Part shown: piece by piece, positions 26,626 through 40,565 of the stretch
How positions within the stretch are numbered: the first letter of the stretch is position 1
Layout: every line of letters begins with the position of its first letter
Assembly (NCBI RefSeq): GCF_964204645.1
Contig: NC_134025.1
Location: 24,408,299 to 24,472,298, forward strand
From: Tubulanus polymorphus
Lineage: Eukaryota > Animalia > Nemertea
Length of the DNA: 64,000 nt
Reading direction: 5' to 3'
The notes under the pieces: generated by a model
What the model saw: the letters and a program-made list of their open reading frames with translations, nothing else
Told to the model about the DNA's origin: nothing
Databases searched by the model: none
Translations under genes and position numbers: made by a program

Positions 26626-29019
26626 ACACACACCCATAACCTACAACCTACAACTATCAATCAACAAACCTTAAAGTACAGGATTTTATGGAAAGTTTTT
26701 CTTTCTCAATCTTCTTTTTATTTGATCTTATTTCTCTTCGTCATTTGAGATGTTTCCCGACACGAATTAATTGTTTTTTTTTTCATCTTGGACAAGATCG
26801 CAGCAAAGGAGCTGTGGCAAGCGTGCATGCATCATATAATCGTATTCGCGTTATCAACAAGCGCATTTTCGACATCATTGTCAAATTCATTTGAATACAA
26901 CGGAATTCTTTCGTTACTATTTTTCTTCTCCATAGCAAAAATCCAGATTGATGGTCTCTTGCGAGGAGAAAATTATGATCTTATTAATTCTAGTAAACCC
27001 GTATCAATACAGAAAGCGATACTCATGCAAGAAATCAACGATTTTTTTCCGAAATAGATACGTATGTACACCAGCCGCTATCATCGGTTTTTGAATGATA
27101 AAGCAGTACTTATAGTAAAAATACACTGACGGCACATTTAAAGCAGAGGAACTGTGATTATTGCCCTGAAAAGGACAGGCCTGCATTGAATCGGGTCTTT
27201 CCGTCAATTGTGCTTTTAGTACAACGAGGTCTCTCCAGTAATAGTATACGGGTAGCGATATCGACATTTGAACCCATTGCAAATTAAGTTTTAAACACTA
27301 AACAAACCAAAGGTTTTTATGCCTATTAAATCAACGGAACGTAACACTTAGTAAATGACTTTTTCGTGTTCTTCAATTTTAAGATTGTCGTATGAATACC
27401 CGCTCAGTGTACACACCAGGAGTGATGTTTTACTATTCCCAGGCACCGGGTTCAAGGTGATTTAAGTTATAGAATTATACGACGCCATTCGCTTGTAAAT
27501 GTATGTTATCAAACGTCGAAGGTTATCCAAAGCGATTTGTTGCAACAGCATATATACGACAGTCAGATACTAGTGCCGCTTATTTATTTGGTCAGTGTTT
27601 TTTTTTGCTCGAGTGGACTGAAATTTCTTATCACTATAAAATTATCAATAATCATAAGCATCAACATATACATTGTATTTTTAGATTAGTGACCCCTTAA
27701 AGAGGTGCCGTACGAGCTGTGGATGCACCATCGCGTGGCGGAACGGAACTGAAGACAAAAATTTCGCGTCCGTCATCGATTCATTCCGACAATTCGTCCG
27801 AAACTGACCTATGGAGGCGCCTCTAACGTCACAAGTCAATGTTCAGATAACCGCCGCATTGTTCCGCGCAAACGGTCGAAAATCCTTAAAGATATCGCAA
27901 GCTTTTAATCGGCATCTGAAGAAGCGCTATTAACCGACTGAAGGACATTGCACTATGACTTGATCTAAGCTAACTAATGGTGTGTGAGCAGCTCTTCACC
28001 TACGATAAAAGTGTCATGTATCAGAACAACGTGCAGTAAAGGTGTTTGCGCACCACCAGACCGTAAATAGAAATATCAAGTTTTCGACTAATGTTTCCGA
28101 TAACGCCGCTATTCCCATAGATTGTCGGGAATTTTTTCGATCTGACGGAACGGATTTTTGGATATGAAAAACCACATATCAATATTTTACGTCACAATCG
28201 AGTGGGAGGCTGTATCAATTTCGACTGTATTTCTTCGATCGATGAAAAAAAAACGCATGATTCAAAGTTCAGCGACCGGGACGTTGGTTTAGAAAATGAA
28301 ACGTATGCAACTACACTACGAGCATTGTTGACCTCTATCCCACGAATCACAAAACCTCCTAAAACATTGTTCCTAGAAATGAAATATATGTGTGTCGAAC
28401 TAATAGATGGCGTAATTTTTTTAATGCAAGCCAGAATTACCACACAATATAAACGTATGCATGGGAGGAACACAGGAAACCGCCAAACGTGATTGACAAA
28501 ATTTGAACATTTCCCGAGAAATGTTTCACCGGAACCGGAAAGAACCTACGCCTATATCGAACTACTAGCACGTACCACTCGAGTACTTACCCTGAATTGG
28601 GTTTTCAGCAACAAAACCTAATTTTTTGCTGAACGTGATACCCTCGCACGTAGCACACTGATCCCTGACCAAAGTACATTTTATCTTTCAAAAAAGCCAA
28701 CAACCGAAATATCAGACCAGACATGCTTTTGTGTTCGAAATTATTTTTTAATGTTGGCTGAGTTAGGGAATATCATTATGTAGTTTCGGAATTAATTTCG
28801 ACGTTACTCATCAGAGAGGAGTTCACAATTATTCGTTTTGAAGAAAAAAAGTATATCAACTCGTTATCAAGAGAACATCGTAGAGAGGGTTGCCCATATA
28901 GACAATGGCTAGTTGCACGCGTTTGATCTGCACTATACTGACATGTGCCTTCTTTTTGGGCCCAGACAACATTTTTTCACACGGCTTCTTTTTATAGTAT
29001 AACCACAAATTTAAAAAAG

Positions 29020-29390
29020 AACCGCCCTCAGCCTTTATTGAAAATAGACAATGAGGGTTAGGAAGAAAAAGATATTTTCTCAGAAGCCTGTCTTATACAG
29101 ACCGCCCATGCCGAACGGACCTCAGCGAAACACACTTCAATCTTCATCTTATTCCAATTATTGGCTCGGAGAAAAAACTCGAGAACCGCTGCCTCGTCAT
29201 GAATTATTCAAAATATCGAGTGAAATATAGAGTTTTTAAAAATTAGAATGTCTCATTAAATGAAACGCCCACGATTGGATTTGGCTGTATTTAAACCATG
29301 GCCAATTAGCGACCTAACGCAGATGCGCATGAAGTCAGCCCAGCCTAGAGCATCGAGTCATGAGGACTTACATACATAGTAACGTAAGTC
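29020..29390. promoter_or_regulatory. Candidate promoter (GC boxes, four CCAAT boxes, NRF1-like site) with adjacent splice donor
   Basis: accgccc at 29021 and 29101; CCAAT/ATTGG at 29154, 29160, 29274, 29302; tatttaaa 29288; tgcgcatg 29324; plus-strand donor aac/GTAAGT at 29384. Confidence 0.5.
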
Positions 29391-32300
29391 AACTTTATTT
29401 CATCTTGACGTCTTGAATAACGTTTCGTTGCACTGTATAAGCATATATATCTCGATTTGTGAGATGAGCATTTTCTTAAATGATATACGTTCTATTGTTG
29501 CCCAAATGAACATTCTATACGATGATCACCTGTTATCCGTTACAACACAAAGTCAAATAATGATCATACGTTCGATAGTTTTTAGACATAGGCACATTTA
29601 AGATGACTATAAAATATTCATCTGCAAGGTTTGACGGTATTTCTAGTATATCATATCATATTTTATCATTCCCGTGTGTCTTTCATGTTTAATCGCGTCT
29701 CTGCTCTAAAATGACATTAATCAATGCAAATGAGAATATCATTTAATCGCTCCGTAGGACTCATTTTTGCACCAATTTAACGAGAACGGTTACGATTCAC
29801 ATTTATACTACTCAAAATTCCGATACAGTTCCCGTTGCGAGTAAATTATCTACTGCTTTATTCGTTTCGCAGTTTCAAATGTCGATATGTTTCGCGTTGG
29901 TATCGGGTAAATTTAATTTCAAGTGGAAAGTAAATTCTTTTCTGAAATTAATTTCGAACATTTGTAACGCACCCACGACACGACAGATATGCCTTTCGAT
30001 TTACAGCTAAGTGATTAAGATACAGAATTCAGAAGTTACAAATTAGTATAAATGAACGAAGTTGTAATTTGAGATACACGCTCAATCGATACATCTAGAT
30101 TTTAGAACCAACTATTAAAACCTGACTTCGATCACGAGCAAAAACAAGACTGTAGTTAGAAGTGTTTCCGGGATTAAAAATATCTTATTTACAAAACCGA
30201 AGATAAACTTTTGCGCAGTGCAATAACATGTTAGATAAGTTCAAAGAATATCTAGGCAGGAAAATCCAGATATATTTGAGCCATTGAATAAGATCGAATC
30301 TACCTTAAACATCAACTAGTGATGTATTTCGGTTTACATATAAGATGAATTTGTTCAAAAGGTGCGTTTTTTTTTTTAAATTTCAAAGGCCCTCAATTGA
30401 ATTTTTTTACTACCACGCGGTTTCCTGAAAAAATCCTGGAAATCAACAGAGAAACAGATATGAGTTAGGAAATAATTTTATGTTAGATACTGATACTTCT
30501 GTTTTATTACCAAGTGCCTTGTAGTCCTAAGCCGCGATCACACGATCATTTTTGGCCCGGGCCAAATTTTTGTCTCCATGTGATCGCGACTGTACGGTAG
30601 TTCGCAGCAATATGATTGGTCGCTCCGACATGGTTTCCACGCATTTAAAACGTTATCAGCATCGAGAGAACGTTGTGAGCGATTCATCCAGTGAGGGATT
30701 CGTACAGGATTTTTCTGTGGATTATTACAGTCTGAGGGTCCGGCTACAGAGATACTCTTCACCTCGGGAACTTTGTTATAACAGCAGCGACCCTGGAGTG
30801 GCGCTAAAACGACTGACTTGACGGTGCTCTTTTTGTTGTAGGGTAGATGTATGTTTCATATTTATACAAAATCGGTAAGTTATCAAAAGGTATATTTTGT
30901 GCAAAATAAACTTCTCTGGCAGATTATCTTATACTCTTTAAAGTTAAACACAGTTTTTTCAAGATGACCTTTTTTATTCGCACGACAGCTGACAATATTT
31001 ATATCATAATCACTGGCGTTCCAATCCAACCGAACAAAAAGTGAAAATATTGAGAATTTTGTTGTCTATAAGTTTCCATCAATAGTATCTAATAGATCTT
31101 CATGGAAAATATCATCATCTGGTTTGTAAAAAAGGTGTGAATATAGCAAAATGGTTTATTTCGTGTAAATGGTATGTTCGCTACTCGCTCTGCAAACAGA
31201 AGTAGACCAGTGTGACGTGGCTCTGACAAGTATCACGTATAATTGACGTATATCATGTTCAAGACGATTCGGCACAATTCGCTCGTCGTTTTTCCGACAA
31301 AATTTCTATTCACCAAATTTTACTAAGTTAACGAATTGTATCAGAATTGAAGGGTAAAATTCAATGCTTGTGATATTGACATTCCGGTGCTTCATTCGTT
31401 TCGGAATCCAACAAATATCACAAGATATGGCATATTTGATAGGCCTGAAATTTTTTCGCCTAAAACAATTTTTCATTTGATTTCATTCATCATATCATAA
31501 GTTTTGGTGGGAGCAATTCTAGAATGTACAAGAATAACTCTAATTCACGACACGATGATTGCAAATGCGTCATGAAACCGTAATAAATATGATACGTAAT
31601 ACATTTCATATTTCATCTATATTGCGACGACTTATTTCCTATATAAACATAAGACCACACTGAAACAATTTAAGTTATTCAACAAAGTATCGATAACAAC
31701 AGCGGGAAGCCCCGTTTAGTAAAATATGTAAATTCCAAATTTATTTTATGGATTGATTAGATTTATATCGACTTTGAAAACGTCCAGGTTGCAAACTATT
31801 TTCTCGCTTCTTGTGAGTAATCAAATTTGTGAGAGATTCACGTGTCCAATTGTTGGAAAATTGCCCTAGAATTCGACAGGAGGTATGACGTTAAGCAACG
31901 TGGTATTTTGATGACCATGCCACCGATCCCATCTTTGTTCGAACCATTCGAAGTATTTCGTACGAATGGCGTATAAATAATAGGTCTGTTTAAATGTTTG
32001 GCGATAGATCACGAGGTTATATAGATTAGAAATCATTCAGGAATGCGTTGTCCGTAGTTTATACCCTCAAACCTCTAAACAGTAAACAACAGAAGACGAC
32101 AGCAAACGAAGACTGAAAATACACGCCTAGCGATAAGGAAAAGTATTCGAGTTAACCTGCACATTTTTCATTTGTCCGCCGCGTAACGTTTGATTCAAGG
32201 TTATCAAATAAACAGAAAAATAACTTTCGTTTCACATTTGAAACGAAAGTTATTTCTAAGCTTTCGAAGATTTAGGTCTTATTGGGTGAGGTACGTTATA

Positions 32301-35034
32301 ACTGTGTCGTTAAAGGGGGCTCTCACAACGTGCCACTTATTTTCCAATTACTACTTCACATTTTTTAATTTAGTCAAATTTAAAAACTTAGTATGCTGAG
32401 GCGTGAAAATTAACGCTGATGATTATGAAAATTTACCTCTAAAAGATACCTAATCTGTATGAAGAATTTGGTACATATAGAATTACTACAAAGTATCTGG
32501 ATGTAAAGGTTTACTGAATCATTGTGTGTGCTTGATTCTGCGATCCGACATGCGTAGCAGTTGATGTTGTTGCAACGATTCGTCGAATGATGATGGTCAA
32601 AAGAAACTATTTAGCTCGTGGTTTTGTGGTCTGCGGTTACGGTTACGCGCCATATTCTGGCGAAACTACGAATTTCATGAATTAGACGCCAATAGTTTGT
32701 CTTATTTCGTGTACACTGACAGCTGTCGGCGTGAATGTCTTAATTCCGTAGTTTCTTTTATTCGCCAGTTTCAAATATAACGTAGATAATTAAAGTAGAT
32801 AAAGTAGATTAAAGTAGTAATTTTCGATCTGTCATCAGAATTGGTGAAACACGAGATAAATTTCGAACCTTCCTCCTGGATTATCTTATCTTATGACTTG
32901 CTCGGAAAAACCATTGACGTGTTAAGCTATATAGCGCTCCTTGTCGGGTCACAAAGTGCACGAAGCGGGGGTGGCTGACATGTTTTACCAAATATCTAGG
33001 CCTTGGTTGTTAGACGTAATGTATGCGCTTAATAAATATAAACTGATGGTGTTCTTTTATATCTAAATGAATGAAATGATCGTTTGTAATACGATCATAG
33101 CGACAAACATGGCGCTCTTTCTCGTAGATAGATTAAAAATAGACGACGCATCGAGTGAATTCCTCGCAGTAGCTTCATCGTAATATGACTTTGCTTCCAG
33201 GAACAAAATATAGGCTACCTATCTAAATTTAAACTCGATGAGTCGAGCATAAAAATTTAAGTTAACTATAAATGCTTGTATTTCGCCACAAGTGATTTTA
33301 TTTGTTCAGTTATCGCCACCGACCAAAGACCATAATTTGTATCATTCGTGTTAAGTGTGTTCAATTGAAAGTCGGATTGGATAAACAATTTAAGCCGAAT
33401 TCGATATCATTTTTTGGTTCGATTTGCGGAGGACAGACGGTTTTCCCAGCAACCGGCTCCTTTGAGACCCGAGTGCAGCTGTAGGGCCCGTATCGGAATC
33501 ACTGGCCTACTTCTGTAATGAACAATCACGTACGTAAGACCATCTTTCAAATTTAATGTAAGGAAATACACAATTTCATGCTTAAAATTTGCACTCATAC
33601 GTTTTAGTACGGACGACGACGGAAATTCATATTCAGATAAAATCTATAAGATTGTGAGTACCTTCGATCCCGAAGGTGAGTCATCGCCTTTAAACGCTAG
33701 ACTTTGTGAGCATGTTGTACCAGTCATTTGCCTAACTACTGAGATTAACAGTTCGATTATCGTTTGTTCCGCACGGGAACAAATTACTTTACCTGTTTTA
33801 CTCATGGAGAGTTGTGATTTTCCTAAAGTTTTGAAGTTATTCGTCGAAGTAAATAGAGTTTATCCGACTGGAATATTGTGACGAACATTGCAATTAGTAA
33901 TATTTTTATACAATTCAAAAGATCATCAGAAGAGCTAGTAATTTGTGGTAAGCTTGATAGATTACTTTTTAAACTTGCATGTCGCTAGAAGTTCTCAATA
34001 CATTCCGGATTATCTAAGTACTTTTTTGTAGTAAGAACACTAACCTATTAAACTCTTTATTCAGTTTGTATGTTGGGAATGGTTGTCGTGGTCCTTCGGG
34101 CAAATTTACTTCACAGCTTGCTTTACGTGAAAGGGTTATCGACATTGCATCGACTCGCTATTAAAATTCAATTTGCAATTCTGTATCTGCGTGAAATATT
34201 AATAAGCATTAATTACTACTGGAACTGATAGCTACTGACTCACAGATACGTGTTTTCTGCAGGTTGCCCTCAGATACGTACATCCAGAATCCCAAATCGA
34301 TTGTCAACAAGATCACTTCATATTCAAATTAGGTGTCATGAGAAAAATCAGATTGCCATGAGTCAGTGGTTCGATTCTCGAAATTCTGGGAATTAGTCAG
34401 ATTTTGATTCTATTTTCTGCGACAATCAAAATTTATAAATAGTTTAAAGGGCGTGTTATGAATTTCATCACCCTCTGGTGTGTATTTGTTTATACGCTTG
34501 CAGTCACATCGCAACAAACAACAAATAAACGCAGACGCTGTCAAACTATGACGTAGCCATTATTCAACCCGACGCTTTCTGCTTTAAAAAAAAACATAGT
34601 CTGAATTTTTTCATTCGAATTCTATTAATTAGATAATCTAAACTATGTACGTGGCTTATTATCTGTCTATCCGGCAGACACTTAGGTATTTGTGTCATTA
34701 GAAGAGCACCACGACGCGTTGTACAAAGGTTATTATCCTAGATATGGGATATTTAAGCCTCTTCAGTCAAAATGAACGGTCGGAAAATTATGCAGTTAAC
34801 TTTTATTTTCTCAACAACTATCAAACGATAACGTTGCGAATCTAAATTTCACATTCGATCACATGTTTATTTGTTTGTTCATTTTGTTTGTTAAGGACGG
34901 AATGAAAAAATAAAAGAGATAACTCTTTGCTTATAATTGCTTCAATTCTCGTGTATGTTGTTATAGTCTCAAACAAACAAAAAAAACCCAGAATATAATC
35001 ACTTAAGATTTTCTCATTTTTGTCTTTGCAGATA

Positions 35035-35346
35035 ATGCCTACATCATTAAAGAGTCTACATCTGCTGTTTATTTTATTAGTTACTATTAACTTAACTCTG
35101 TTAACTATGTCGGCTCCGCAGCACCGGCGAAGACTCCATAGACGTTCATCTCCGTCCTGGGGCGACATCAAATATCACGGGCTTTGTTTGGACGATAGCC
35201 AATTTCAAATGTTCTGTTACACCTGTGGACGGGACATATCCGGGTATTATTCAGTATACGTTGACTGTTGCAACGGAGACGAGCCGACGCTGCTATTTTG
35301 CATAGATTCACTCACTCCTAATACCGCTTCGTCAAATGCTGCCTGA
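35035..35346 (+). CDS. Secreted six-cysteine prepropeptide, sodium-influx-stimulating (SIS) peptide-like neurohormone
   Basis: Strong acceptor ttctcatttttgtctttgcag at 35031 then ATG; signal peptide (LHLLFILLVTINLTLLTMS-AP), basic site RRRLHRR, 66 aa mature region with C-x9-C-x2-C-x13-CC-x9-C. Coding status is well supported; family name is from recalled similarity. Confidence 0.8.
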   Translation: MPTSLKSLHLLFILLVTINLTLLTMSAPQHRRRLHRRSSPSWGDIKYHGLCLDDSQFQMFCYTCGRDISGYYSVYVDCCNGDEPTLLFCIDSLTPNTASSNAA

Positions 35347-38300
35347 ATATTCGGTGTCCGTTCATTCCAAATGCTTATGTTTCTTGTCGTTGTGTAGACT
35401 ATCACGTACTCTGGAACCCGATCTCAATGCTAAGAGACTAAAGCGCGTTTTCAAGTTGTGTTGCAAGAATCTCAATGGACGACCAAGTACCATTTCGAAT
35501 TGTGTCTCTAAATGTCTGTGGGCTGAATCGAAATCCGACTTTAGAATGTGTTAATCTATTACCGTTGATTTACTGGTACTCACAGGAGGATTTTAATGAA
35601 TTATACGACAATTCGTTTTACTTCAATTTACACAACATTGGACAATGGCTGAAAATTGAAGACTCAGATTGTTATGATTATCCCATGTTCTCGGCTAATT
35701 GCTGGATGCTTTCAGCTGAAATGCAATGTATACTAAAATAAGACAAAATAACTGCCAGGTTACGATTAGGATTTTTAAATTATTTTTTATGATCGATTGT
35801 TTTTTAAGCAAATGAAATTATATTTTGTTTTCATAAACAACCAGAAAAGCATTTAACAGCAACGGTTCTGTGGCAAAACCTCATGTTGAATGGGTATAGG
35901 TAACTGAATTTCTGTAGTTAGGAACCGTGTCCGACACCTTCAGTATGGGGTACTATTAACTTTGGAAATCAAACTTGTATGACTCATGAAATGAAAGTAT
36001 GAAAATGAGGCTTTATCAAATTGCCAACATATAGCTTAGTTAATATGAAAAATGGCTTTTCAATATCAAATACATCTTAAGAAATAGTTTGAACTTTTCT
36101 TTAGAATCTAATCATTTTCTTACTAGAGAAATGGCTGATATTTTTATTTTTATACATTTTATTTAGCTTGCTTCGTCGACCCTTAAATCACATGTATTCA
36201 CCTGTTTCAACACATCCTTCTATGATGTATTCGCTAACTTATTTATTAATAATCTTCATTTTATAGCAAAAAAAATCTCTTTACAAAAATCTTTTACGTT
36301 ATATCATAAGATAATCCTATCATTTATTCATTGTTATTAGATTTTCATTCAATGCCCAGTAATATGTATGTCCATTTTTGGTTGTTTGTGTATATGTGGT
36401 ACATTTGTAGAAATCTGACTCGGTCCAGATATCGTGGGTCCTGTGCTGTTTATCTGAAAAATAAACCCGAAATTCAAAACGCATTTGAATTTTTTAGTCA
36501 CGTCGTATTAGGTGAACAGTTTAAGGCGAATAGTTGTTGAATTGATTTGTTTTATTCATTTATGAATTTATGGATGCGTTGATGATGAAATAAATGTTCA
36601 TTCATTCAGACGAAGTCAATTCACTGAGACATATCAATTTATATAGTTCAGTAAACACAATGAATACGTGATGAAACGCAAATATAAAGTCCACTATATA
36701 CAAATTCAAACATGAAAATGAAATATACACTAATCCATAACGATTCGACGTTCTGCTTCATCGTCCTGATGATATTCAGCGGTTTGATATTGGGGGTTTG
36801 TGGATTTTCCTTTGATTTTTGAATTAGTACATAGTGGATTCTTATATTATATTGATTTATTTTTAATAAAAAAATGTATCATTGAATAATATGATAGTTA
36901 TTTGTATTTCTGATGTGTAGGCCTCCACGAACGAATAGTAATAACATATGACGAGTTTCACAAAAAGTTCACGTTTTCTCAAAGCGCGCATTCTCAATTT
37001 CAAAAACGATATAAGTATATAAAAAGTATTATCTATGTTATTTTACCATTCTAAATCTTGGCCATGCAACCCCGAGTAATGATCTTAATTCCCTGATTTC
37101 CATGAACCTGGATGAAACATACGATTGGAACGACGTGTATGTGCTTTCATTACATACGGACTACATACAAAAATGAAAAAAGAAAACATGTATGAATATT
37201 CGTTGAATTCTGCGTCCTGTGCATAAATGATATATGTGTTTGTGAAAAAAATGGAAATACTTCGAACAGTCGGACGAATAACAGGGTAACGAATCTCATT
37301 TCGGAGAATTGGAGTCAATCGGCATTCACATACGAGAGCGAGGCATGTTACAACCAATCCCTGATCGAGCTTCATAAACTCGGTGAATTTTAAGCATTCG
37401 AAATCTCGCAGTTCGCAACAAAATAGTCGACCAATTACGGACTCATCTCCCGGAAAAATTATATTATATTTGTATGCAACTGGGTTGAATATAAGTTTGG
37501 AAAATCATGGGTGAAGTGAAATTACGGATGTATGAATGTTCAGTGTTCGAACGATATTTCTCGAAAACCAATTATAAACTCGAAACCAAGTAATTCCATT
37601 TCGTACATAATGTTATATTTATTTGTTTACTCGTCATGACTGCCAGTCGGATATGACGCACGTCAGTGATGGAGTGGAGTTATCAAGGCTTATACATGCT
37701 ATAGCTATGATGTGTCTCGGGATAATAAACGGATGAATGAAGCCCGAGTAATGGTGTCGGTCAATGCAAGTGTTATCGGTTTAATTATGGAATGGGACGC
37801 GTTAATGTTTCTGCCAACGCAAACTATTTGTAAAAGTGCTGCAGTGACGCAAACGCCGTCGATTCAGGAGCAGCTGCCATATTGTCATTTTCACTCCAGC
37901 TATCCTGCTCGTCCTCTACGTGTAGATATAACACACCGGACATTCACAGCTAAATTACGTATGCATTTACGAACAGAAAGATTTGTTTAAGAAGTGGAAA
38001 GATTGATATCGAAACTTGAAGCAAAGTGGTTTAGTAACACAACACGTACTTATCATTCCATTTCACCTATATCTAACACCTGTACTAAGTGGTGACTCAT
38101 CGTTTGTACATATATTTAGTTGGGTAATACAGTCTGCAATGATCTGGATCCGAATTCTGGATAGATGGATGGAGAACTACTGTACTCGAACAACTGTTTC
38201 CCTATTAACCCATCATCTACTGAGGCGCAACTTAGTAAAGTGTAAACGTTACCATTGAACCTAAAAAAATTTCCTCCGTTTAGGTGTAATATATTAAAAA

Positions 38301-40299
38301 TCCATAATTCAACACCAACTTATCTAGTGTAGATCGATATCTTTTCAATGTAATTGGATTTTACATGAATTACGGATTTTCAGATATCGTACTGTTTTAA
38401 GTTTCAGTGTAATGGGACGTTGAGTCGCTAAAACGCCAATTTGTGAGTTCGTTCCGATTACGGCCGATTGGACGTCATCTTTACGATCTTGGTTTGCAAA
38501 TTCCATCTATATTTAGCTAAGAAGTTGTCTGAACTTGTTTTTTATCTTCCGTGCACGCGGCTCTATGACGAAAGTCATTTCGTTCAGAGAAACGCGACGT
38601 AAACATCGAAATTAAAAACCGACAATTGCCGTTGACCATTACCATTAGACATGTAGTCAGGGAAGCGTAATGACAATAATTTCTGCCCTGTACAAGTTAA
38701 CTGAAACAAGGAAAAACAGCTACGCGTTTTTGGTTAAACTGAATTGTTTAGTTAACAAGAACAAAGACAGCAGAGAATGAATGATATATAACGCGAGTAA
38801 GATTAGGCTTTAAATCACAGAAATATATACGTAAATACGAGATGAAGAATTACGCGTCGTCGTGTTCGTAATGATTGGTTAAACTGAATTCAATTTTGAA
38901 CATCTCTTTCTAAACTAAAACCATTGATGAAAATAGCTAAAGGAAGTTGGAATTTTTGTCATGAGTAGTAATTTAATAACGCTCTATCACATTTCTGTCT
39001 GCCGGAAAACATCAATCAGAAATATAAAAATACCCTAGACGACAATATTGTTGTTGATCTTGTTTGCGCGTAAGCTGGTACGTAAATTACTTTTCCTCCC
39101 ACGCAGTCTGTTTGTTCCATAATATACTAATCGTTTCATATCACGATTCTCCCCTCTAGACGACTGCTCAATCTATTCCGATTAAAATTGTATTCTCTCA
39201 GTTAATGGTACGTCTCAAACACGGACCATCAGCAGTGGATCGGGGCATAAGTCAATTATTTAGATTGAATGCTCAAATATCTGTCTATCGACCGCAACAA
39301 CTGTACGAATCAAACCTAAATTAACATCGTCAAGTCAATACGTTTACCGTGTGACTTCTTCAACTTCCTGTTATTGCGTAAGCAAACTGGATTCCAGAAA
39401 TCAGCGAAACGACAACATGCCCTTGGCGCCTTGTTGGCTAAAATGATGCGCACAAACCCTTTCTGATTTTATTAGAGACATGAAGTTGCTTTTCACGTAT
39501 AAGGCATTCTGTGATCTATAATTTTCAGCTCGGTTATGCTGTAACGGATATCAAAATATAGAGGCTAATTATTCTAGTATCTAGTTCAACTGCATATGTA
39601 ACAATTCCCCTTGTCGTCAATCTGTTCGTGACCTCCCATTTTTCATAATCTAATATTGGTCATAAGTGAGTGGTAACATAGTTGATCCGTTTGGATTATC
39701 TGTAAACCATAATTCATTATGGTGACGGTATGGATTACAAATAGGACAACCATCGGAGCATCAAAAGAGTTGTTAGCGAGGCGGCTAGTCCTTGAAAGTC
39801 AACTTGCGTCTCTCGTAGAGCTTAAAAACTTTAACTCCTTATCAATTGGATATTGGTATCCTATGTTTTTTTTTCAGAAAAAAGGAATAAGTGGCATATT
39901 GCTCGTTATTACAGAATCATAGGAAATTCGTTTTGGAATTAATGGACACAAAATATATACGATGATATAAACTGGTTTCGAAAATTATCGCCTTGAAAAA
40001 TAATCATAGAAATGCAACATTTTCTGGAAAATTTCACGATTGCTATAATTCTTTGGTTAGCATAGCGAGAATTATTATGACCTCGTCATAATCTTGAGGA
40101 GCGAAATCACAAGGCATTTAATCATCAATCAAATCAAAGAATCACCTGACAACAGACAACCTTTGATCCATACTCTCCAATTAAACAACCCTTGTGTTGA
40201 ACTTTTTCGCCTCTGCATATATAGATATATTTTACCTCGGGTAAAGGATTCACATTTTTAAGCCGCAAAAACCGTGACAAAATATGTATTGCTAATTAC

Positions 40300-40565
40300 T
40301 ATGTATCTAAATGCGTTAATAAAAGGAGAGCCGGTGTGCACTACGTCATCAATACTGGCGTTTGAAAATAGCAATTACAATTGCGTATATAGATTGGTGT
40401 CTATTTATTTCTTAGTAAATTTGCATGACTCCTGTTTTCTATTTCATGCATTTTCAGGTTGTTTTGATAATGAATTGTGAGTGGATGTACTCTACGTCAT
40501 TGATATTGGGGCGAGACTGGTTGCCGCTCTCTATTTTCAATCGTCGACAATTCAATTCAACTAAA
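40300..40565 (+). repeat. Interspersed repeat copy related to 1690-1915
   Basis: ctacgtcatcaatactggcgtttgaaaa, actggttgccg and aattcaattcaa blocks shared with the copy at 1690-1915. Confidence 0.55.

Noticed and set aside
35336-35554. Second Cys-rich ORF overlapping the peptide stop codon
   Set aside because: Lies in the presumptive 3' UTR, lacks a convincing signal peptide and does not repeat the six-Cys framework.
37085-37375. Minus-strand ORF starting MKLDQGLVVTCLALVCEC, signal-peptide-like
   Set aside because: Hydrophobic core is short, the rest reads like AT-rich non-coding sequence, and no partner exons were found.
40050-40070. miR-9-like start tctttggtta
   Set aside because: Match ends after 10 nt and there is no complementary star arm.
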